Source: a virus
Length of the DNA stretch: 64,000 nt
Reading direction: 5' to 3' (one strand)
Virus record (IMG/VR): IMGVR_UViG_3300027763_002006
Coordinates: 28,216 to 92,215 of that record
The notes under the pieces were generated by a model, which was given only the letters and a program-made list of their open reading frames with translations, ran no database searches and was not told the origin of the DNA. This document shows positions 58,932 to 64,000 of the stretch, piece after piece; positions within the stretch are counted from its first letter, which is position 1, and every line of letters begins with the position of its first letter. The position numbers and the translations under genes were made by a program.

Positions 58932-58961
58932 AACGATATTTATTTAAATTGCTCTTAAACT

Positions 58962-59038
58962 TGGTCGGAGTACAAGGATTCGAACCTTGGACCTCCTGGT
59001 CCCAAACCAGGCGCACTACCAGGCTGTGCTACACTCCG
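58962..59038 (-). tRNA. tRNA-Pro(UGG)
   Basis: Cloverleaf, anticodon arm CCTGG-TTTGGGA-CCAGG, GGTTCGAATCC, encoded CCA. Confidence 0.95.
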
Positions 59039-59051
59039 AATATATATTTAC

Positions 59052-59504
59052 TTAATTGTCGACTTCGTTATTTAAGTATTCGTAGTTAACAGATTCTGCG
59101 TTATCCCTAAAAACTATTGCTCCATTTTTAATATGGAATTTCCTAGCCATATCAGTCTTTGGACTTAACGTTACAAATCTATTAATTGTTTTTTGATTTT
59201 CTTTGATATGTTTTACTGCATTAAAGATTAATTTTTTCCCTGCGCCCGGTGCATAACTCCAAATGGTATAAAATACAGCGACTTGTGGTTCATTGCAGGT
59301 TTCAAATAATTCAGATTCAGAACAAGGCACAGTTAGTTGATAACTGACACAGGTAATTGCTTGCACATTATCATTCTCGTCTCTAGTCACAAAAATATCT
59401 TTGTTTGCACCGACACGTTCTGTCCGGGGAATGTGTGGACGCACTGGATCTTGACTGATCAAGTCGACAAATTTATCGCTGAGACTTTGAATTAGATGTA
59501 ACAT
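59052..59504 (-). CDS. GNAT-like protein resembling the malonyl-CoA decarboxylase C-terminal domain
   Basis: AVFYTIWS..GAGKKLI..RFVTLSP. Confidence 0.5.
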   Translation of the reverse strand: MLHLIQSLSDKFVDLISQDPVRPHIPRTERVGANKDIFVTRDENDNVQAITCVSYQLTVPCSESELFETCNEPQVAVFYTIWSYAPGAGKKLIFNAVKHIKENQKTINRFVTLSPKTDMARKFHIKNGAIVFRDNAESVNYEYLNNEVDN

Positions 59505-59505
59505 T

Positions 59506-59694
59506 TTAATTTTCTTCTTTTAGTTTATCAAATTTAGAAACCAATCTCTCATCATTGTATGCTTCTAGTACACTAGTATCTTCTTGTTTTTCTTCTTTCA
59601 AATCTCTACCAAATATAGCGTCCCAGCGAGAGTCATACTCTTTTTGGGACACGCTAAATGGCCGAGCCTTGCTGCCTTTGCCGCCGTGTGACAT
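59506..59694 (-). CDS. Small phage protein
   Basis: GGKGSKARP..YDSRWDAIF; SD AAGGA. Confidence 0.6.
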   Translation of the reverse strand: MSHGGKGSKARPFSVSQKEYDSRWDAIFGRDLKEEKQEDTSVLEAYNDERLVSKFDKLKEEN

Positions 59695-59713
59695 ATTTGT
59701 TTCCTTTAATTAA

Positions 59714-59787
59714 TGGAGCGGAGTGAGAGAATCGAACTCTCGACCGAAGATTGGAAATCTGCTGTTTTGCCATTAAACTAACCCCGC
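59714..59787 (-). tRNA. tRNA-Gly(UCC)
   Basis: Cloverleaf, loop TTTCCAA, GTTCGATTC, encoded CCA. Confidence 0.93.
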
Positions 59788-59789
59788 TG

Positions 59790-59920
59790 ACTTTATAGGT
59801 GCTCTCTGTGACGCTTGAATTCCTGGTAGCCCCACTCTTCATGGCCGGTCCTTGTCATGGTCGACATTGACAAGTATTTCGGTGTTCCATTGTAGCTACT
59901 ACAGAAAGCACGTATAAAGT
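59790..59920 (-). ncRNA. Rod-shaped structured RNA (6S-like candidate)
   Basis: ~19-bp closing stem plus nested GTAGC/GCTAC, ATGG/CCAT, CCG/CGG, CTTGTCA/TGACAAG helices. Confidence 0.6.
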
Positions 59921-60118
59921 GTTTAGCTACTCACACCACATGAGCCCTAAACTGAGCGGTTACTCTGTCCATAACATTTGTTCTTTTGGGCAGGTGTTAT
60001 ACCTTACCTAATGCGTTCCCGCCACTCCACAACAGAGCACAGATGGTCATTGCACTACAAACCTAGCACTCTTTATGGTGACTGCCCCACCCACTTTAGA
60101 CGTCAAAGTGTAACCGGG
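59921..60118 (-). ncRNA. Multi-stem pseudoknotted RNA (manA-motif-like candidate)
   Basis: CGGTTAC/GTAACCG, CACTTT/AAAGTG, GGTG/CACC, ATAACA/TGTTAT, GTTTAG/CTAAAC; loop-loop GGGCAG/CTGCCC. Confidence 0.6.
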
Positions 60119-60137
60119 TTTTCTGTTAAATACTACT

Positions 60138-60302
60138 ATGCAATCCTATGACATTGTCACCGAAGCAGGCCTACATTTTCATGTAAGTCTAAGCAAGCAA
60201 GGTATCTGCTATATCATTGTCAAAGATATTTTTAGCAATGACTTTGAAATGCTGTACTTTACTAACTTAGATTCTGCTTTAGATTACATTCACAGTTTAT
60301 AA
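60138..60302 (+). CDS. 54-aa hypothetical protein MQSYDIVTEAGLHFHV...
   Basis: Manually found; TAAATA box 5 nt before ATG. Confidence 0.55.
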   Translation: MQSYDIVTEAGLHFHVSLSKQGICYIIVKDIFSNDFEMLYFTNLDSALDYIHSL

Positions 60303-60303
60303 T

Positions 60304-60379
60304 TGGTTGCGGGGGAAGGACTCGAACCTCCGTCTTCCAGGTTATGAGCCTGATAGTCTACCAACTGACGTACCCCGCG
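60304..60379 (-). tRNA. tRNA-Met(CAU), initiator (fMet) type
   Basis: CGCGGGG 5' end with C1:A72 mismatch, loop CTCATAA, encoded CCA. Confidence 0.9.
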
Positions 60380-60388
60380 GTATGCTAT

Positions 60389-60958
60389 TTATAATAATTC
60401 TTCTGACTTCAGTGTTTGAACTGTGTCTACACTTAGACTGATGTCAGTACGCACATTCAATTCCAGCACTTCGTCTTGAAGACGTTGTTTGGCTTTCTTG
60501 GCTAGATTTACAAAAACTTTAAAGCCCTTGATGTCTTCTTCGGTGAACACACTGGTAGTTACTGTGCTTTCGTAACCATAGATACTGCGACCTTCTTCTT
60601 TACGATTTTTAATCTTGTCCAACTTGCCCAACACAACTGCTTCTTGTTCGCGAACTGCAAAGCCAGACAACTCTGTGTAGTTCTGAATTTGCTTTTCAAG
60701 ACAGGCAATCTCTGTGAGTTTGTCATCTATGCCCACACGACTGTTAACTGCACTGACTTGCTTACGGATGTCGTAGAGTGCTTTAATCAAAGAATCTCGA
60801 CGATTCAAATTAGTTTTAAAGGCAGTCGTAGCTTTATAAATTTCCATGACCGGATCATGGAATTCTGTTAGACTAACTTGACCTTTAAGGTCGATGCCTT
60901 TGACGGCATCATTGATGCTGTTCTGCAATACACTGGCTTTACGTAGACTGATATTCAT
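60389..60958 (-). CDS. DIP1984/DUF6847-like coiled-coil protein
   Basis: All-helical; ISLRKA..LQ.., IRKQVSAVN and C-terminal LQDEVLELNVRTDI patterns (recognised by eye, unverified). Confidence 0.55.
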   Translation of the reverse strand: MNISLRKASVLQNSINDAVKGIDLKGQVSLTEFHDPVMEIYKATTAFKTNLNRRDSLIKALYDIRKQVSAVNSRVGIDDKLTEIACLEKQIQNYTELSGFAVREQEAVVLGKLDKIKNRKEEGRSIYGYESTVTTSVFTEEDIKGFKVFVNLAKKAKQRLQDEVLELNVRTDISLSVDTVQTLKSEELL

Positions 60959-60974
60959 ATATTTCCTTTAAATA

Positions 60975-61003
60975 ATTATACAACAAAATAAAAACAGAGT
61001 CAA
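60975..61003 (-). promoter_or_regulatory. sigma70-type promoter
   Basis: TTGACT-17-TATAAT; SD AAGGA. Confidence 0.75.
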
Positions 61004-61232
61004 GAAAGAAAGTAACCAACTGGACAAATAACATGCGGATTAGCTTTAACTAAAATCCTGACAAGTCACAATGCACAAGGCACAGGGACCTGCGTATATC
61101 CAGGAGCAAGACACAATTCTGTCATATCCCAAGGGTTGGAGCACACAAGCACGAGGCGTTTTCAAGGCGCCAGCCAGTAATTGTTCGGTATCGCATGAAG
61201 CGATAACGGATGTTAGTTCTCGTCTCTTTCTT
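61002..61232 (-). ncRNA. Closed multi-hairpin RNA with 7-nt-period YUGU repeats
   Basis: Terminal AAGAAAGA/TCTTTCTT and AACTAAC/GTTGGTT pairing, five internal hairpins, ~10-11 heptamer motifs in linkers. Confidence 0.65.
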
Positions 61233-61281
61233 TTCTCCGGGTAGTTATCCTGGGAGACATACTACCAAAAAACTTTAATCT

Positions 61282-61440
61282 TTACTTTTCTTTTGGACCG
61301 CGCTTGCTACTACGCAATTCGGATTCAAATACTTTTACAAAACTTTGTAGAATTTCTCCACGCTTATGTGGATCTGTTTCATAGGCCGCAAAACGCTTGA
61401 TTGCTTTGGGGATTTTAACTGCTCGTGAATCGTATGCCAT
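61282..61440 (-). CDS. 52-aa basic hypothetical protein MAYDSRAVKIPKAIKR...
   Basis: Manually found; SD AAGGA. Confidence 0.6.
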   Translation of the reverse strand: MAYDSRAVKIPKAIKRFAAYETDPHKRGEILQSFVKVFESELRSSKRGPKEK

Positions 61441-61457
61441 TTTATATTTCCTTTAAA

Positions 61458-61655
61458 TTATTTTTGACCTTGTGCAATCAGTCTATTAACTACATTGAGG
61501 TCGAACTCTAAACTAGAGATTTTTTCTTTAAGTGCTTGGTATTCTTCGCTGTGAACATCTTTATTATGAGTTACAATGTCAAAGTACATTGCTGAAGCTT
61601 CTGCGTGTAGCTTTCTAACATCATGTTCTAATAACTCTCGTCTATCTGCTAACAT
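61458..61655 (-). CDS. Small coiled-coil hypothetical protein
   Basis: 65 aa; SD AAGGA. Confidence 0.55.
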   Translation of the reverse strand: MLADRRELLEHDVRKLHAEASAMYFDIVTHNKDVHSEEYQALKEKISSLEFDLNVVNRLIAQGQK

Positions 61656-61676
61656 GTTGATTCCTTATTAAAAATT

Positions 61677-61753
61677 TGGCGGAGTGGACGGGACTCGAAC
61701 CCGCGACCCCCGGCGTGACAGGCCGGTATTCTAACCAACTGAACTACCACTCC
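61677..61753 (-). tRNA. tRNA-Asp(GUC)
   Basis: Cloverleaf, CCGGC-CTGTCAC-GCCGG, encoded CCA. Confidence 0.96.
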
Positions 61754-61761
61754 AATAATAT

Positions 61762-61790
61762 ATTATAACAAAACTCGCACAAGCTGTCAA
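61762..61790 (-). promoter_or_regulatory. sigma70-type promoter of tRNA-Asp
   Basis: TTGACA-17-TATAAT. Confidence 0.8.
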
Positions 61791-61806
61791 CTTGTAGTTT
61801 ACCAAA

Positions 61807-61891
61807 TGGTGGAGGTGACAGGGATCGAACCTGTTATGACCGAAGTCGGCGGAGTTACAGTCCGCTGCCATACCATTACGGCGGCACCTCC
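61807..61891 (-). tRNA. tRNA-Tyr(GUA)
   Basis: GCGGA-CTGTAAC-TCCGC, long variable arm, encoded CCA. Confidence 0.93.
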
Positions 61892-61901
61892 AAAATCTAA
61901 A

Positions 61902-62717
61902 TTATGCACACTTCTGCAATAACTTGTTAACTGCTATTCTAAACACACTTTCCTTTTCTGGCCAAGCATAAATGTATTGTCCTGCAAAGTCCTTGACCAA
62001 CAACCATGTAATACCTGCGGCTGTGTACATGTGTGTCTCTGCCTCATAACCTGGGATAGACCTGTCAAAGTTAATACTGCCATCGCCATAGTCCTGGCCA
62101 TGCTGTCTAACCCAATCTGCCACACTTTGTACTTCTCTGTCTGTGTTAGGACCCATACCAGCCAAGTTAGCCACTACAAAGATTTTGTTGGTAGGTGTCG
62201 TTGTCATAGTCTTAAACACACTACGTCCCAGCTGTCTAATTTGGTCTTTAATGTTACCTGGCAATGCCGCTACTTGGTGGAAGTCTGGTACCAAGTAGCC
62301 TGCCTTGCGTAATGCGTATTCTGCTGTTGTTGCCAATGTGGTAGTCTTAACTACAACTGTGGGTAGAGTCTCGTGTGGCCGGGGCTCAATGCTACTAGTC
62401 TGCTTTTGTGTAGTCTTTACAGGCTGTTGCTCAATACTAGCGTCATATGACGGCAGGTCGGCGTCGAGTTTGATGTCCAACATCTTACCCAACATATCCT
62501 GCATGGCCCGAGTAGGTCTAATCTTACCTGTGGCCGCCAATGTTTTACTAACACTGGCCTTGTTAACTTTTACAACTTTGGGCTTGTCTTGTTTGACCTC
62601 AGGTTTAACCTTGGGTTTTTCTGTATGCTTGACAATGGGACGGGCTGTGCCTGTCTTAAATATGTTGTCAAGGTCTATGTTAGTCTGCGTTTGCGTTTGT
62701 GTTTTTCTTGTTGCCAT
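61902..62717 (-). CDS. Hypothetical phage protein
   Basis: 271 aa; Lys/Thr-rich N-terminus, globular C-terminus. Confidence 0.6.
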   Translation of the reverse strand: MATRKTQTQTQTNIDLDNIFKTGTARPIVKHTEKPKVKPEVKQDKPKVVKVNKASVSKTLAATGKIRPTRAMQDMLGKMLDIKLDADLPSYDASIEQQPVKTTQKQTSSIEPRPHETLPTVVVKTTTLATTAEYALRKAGYLVPDFHQVAALPGNIKDQIRQLGRSVFKTMTTTPTNKIFVVANLAGMGPNTDREVQSVADWVRQHGQDYGDGSINFDRSIPGYEAETHMYTAAGITWLLVKDFAGQYIYAWPEKESVFRIAVNKLLQKCA

Positions 62718-62721
62718 TATA

Positions 62722-63840
62722 TCACCATTGTGGAAGTTTCTTCATTTTGGAAGTAAGTTTGACTCCAATTGTCTTTAACACTTCCCTACGCATCTTATCT
62801 CGTTGCGTACGGCCTGCCTTTGTCATATTGTTAGTGCCTAGTATTTCTCTACTGTACATTGTCCAACTTACTGCATGTTTAGCAATGAGAGGTTCCTGTT
62901 CTACCCATCTTGCCTTTTTAATAAACATAGCATATTCTTGGCTACTACGTGGACCCAGGGCCATCTGTGGTTCTATCAAGTCGTACTTTTTAGCTAACAG
63001 GTCTTTACAAAAGCCTTCCATGCCGCCAGGATAGGACTTAATCTTTTTAACGTGCTTAATGTTAATGCCTGTTTCATCTAAAACATATTTGGTAAGGTCA
63101 TAGAGTCGATCCTGCTCGTGCTGTGCCTGCTTTTGCTTAAACAGATAATCTGTGTATGCTTTTATTTGGTTTTTTATAATCTGACCAAGTACAGGATGTT
63201 CCTCAAATTTTTGTTGCTCTGCCCAATCTAACCTTCTGTCTCGGGCATCATATAATGTAATTCTGTTAGCATAGTCATGTTGGATCTGATATTGGTACTT
63301 GCTACCGTTGCGGTCTCTCCAAACATATAAATCACTGGTCTCGGTGTAGTCTTTAAAGAAAGTTGCCTGTGTAGTACACCACTTTGTGCCTGCACCCAAA
63401 TGTCTTGCGGCAGTAGCAGTTTGTGGACTGGCCAACTGGCCAAAAGGACCATTGTACAATATCTTTGTGTTTTTAATAATTGGAAAGGCACCTTCTTCTT
63501 TTACAGTTTTAGTTACTAGTACTTCCTTAATCTCAGGATTGAGAACCTTATCTATGGTCTCGTCTAGTTCATAAAAACTAAATTGGTTAATGTCTCGCTT
63601 AGCCAAACGAGGTTTTAGCTTGTCAAAATTTGTTAATACAGTTTTAACTCTTTCTGTATCCTCAAACTTAAATTGGTTATTAATTAGTTGTTTGGCCAGC
63701 CAAGGAACATACTGTAAGTTCTTGGTGGGATCCATTTTCTCTAGTGCAATAACGATGTCCACCACTTCCATTTTGGTATGGCGGACTACGTCTGTAAATT
63801 TGTTTTTAAACTTTTCTACAGTTATCTCTCTTTTGGACAT
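62722..63840 (-). CDS. Hypothetical phage protein with GTKWCT motif
   Basis: DPTKN..YVPWL, RDINQF, LGAGTKWCTT; SD AAGGAG. Confidence 0.6.
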   Translation of the reverse strand: MSKREITVEKFKNKFTDVVRHTKMEVVDIVIALEKMDPTKNLQYVPWLAKQLINNQFKFEDTERVKTVLTNFDKLKPRLAKRDINQFSFYELDETIDKVLNPEIKEVLVTKTVKEEGAFPIIKNTKILYNGPFGQLASPQTATAARHLGAGTKWCTTQATFFKDYTETSDLYVWRDRNGSKYQYQIQHDYANRITLYDARDRRLDWAEQQKFEEHPVLGQIIKNQIKAYTDYLFKQKQAQHEQDRLYDLTKYVLDETGINIKHVKKIKSYPGGMEGFCKDLLAKKYDLIEPQMALGPRSSQEYAMFIKKARWVEQEPLIAKHAVSWTMYSREILGTNNMTKAGRTQRDKMRREVLKTIGVKLTSKMKKLPQW

Positions 63841-63864
63841 TGTGTCTCCTTGTACAAAGATTGT

Positions 63865-63893
63865 AGTATACTATAGAACTTGTTTTGTGTCAA
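63865..63893 (-). promoter_or_regulatory. sigma70-type promoter
   Basis: TTGACA-17-TATACT. Confidence 0.75.
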
Positions 63894-63895
63894 TT

Positions 63896-64000
63896 ATGTA
63901 GATGCTCTGCATCCCCCGGCGGTAATTATAGAGTATCAAGATATGACGCTATCATACCCATCACACACTCCTTCCACCCGCTTCCCGACAGGGACCGTTC
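63896..64000 (-). ncRNA. 3' part of a second rod-shaped structured RNA (truncated)
   Basis: GC-rich; nested TCCC/GGGA, GCGG/CCGC, GAGTGT/ATACTC, GGTATGA/TCATATC; ends AGAGCATCTA. Confidence 0.45.

Noticed and set aside
60011-60032. TTCCCGCCACTCCACAA resembling a tmRNA/tRNA 3' end
   Set aside because: No T-loop, no CCA, no matching acceptor 5' strand; lies antisense within the pseudoknotted RNA
60108-60127. ACAGAAAACCCGGTTA resembling the RNase P RNA 3' motif
   Set aside because: No GAGGAAAGTCC partner upstream; that region is an ORF and a tRNA
61022-61155. Heptamer repeats as a CRISPR mini-array, iterons or reverse-transcriptase template
   Set aside because: Units are 7 nt, degenerate and interrupted by hairpins; no cas, Rep or RT gene in the window, although DNA-level binding sites are not fully excluded
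1-64000. Bacterial chromosome or recoded genome
   Set aside because: Host-like genes are interleaved with fibres, spanins, an RFC-type clamp loader and late-type boxes; long ORFs close properly under the standard code and no suppressor tRNA is seen

Overview
AT-rich, densely coding, mostly minus-strand segment of a large (jumbo, T4-like in regulatory style) dsDNA bacteriophage. The host-derived genes (Bug/TctC, rpoZ, 7Fe ferredoxin, ErpA, phasin-like protein with a PhaR-like box) point to a proteobacterial, probably betaproteobacterial, host; this is inference. Phage hallmarks: collagen-like tail fibres, spanin pair, 3TM holin, GH19 endolysin, SleB-type hydrolase, RFC/gp44-type clamp loader, PhoH, dCMP deaminase, and five CCA-encoding tRNAs (Pro, Gly, fMet, Asp, Tyr). 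Auxiliary load: an apparently complete SUF Fe-S assembly operon (sufB-grxD-sufC-mini sufD-sufS-sufE-sufT-orf-sufA) plus erpA and fdxA, ClpA, GroES, IF-1, RNAP omega, a DnaE fragment, a binding protein/DAACS symporter/racemase module, two fatty-acid desaturases, five 2OG-Fe(II)-like oxygenases, QueD, PsiE and UvsE. Two promoter classes are visible: near-consensus sigma70 promoters and TAAATA late-type boxes, many apparently leaderless. The tRNA region holds four structured non-coding elements. The most striking is a ~230-nt closed RNA with ~10-11 single-stranded 7-nt-period YUGU repeats next to a DIP1984/DUF6847-like coiled-coil gene, a candidate undescribed RNA-protein system. All family assignments are by eye from motifs; no database searches were run.
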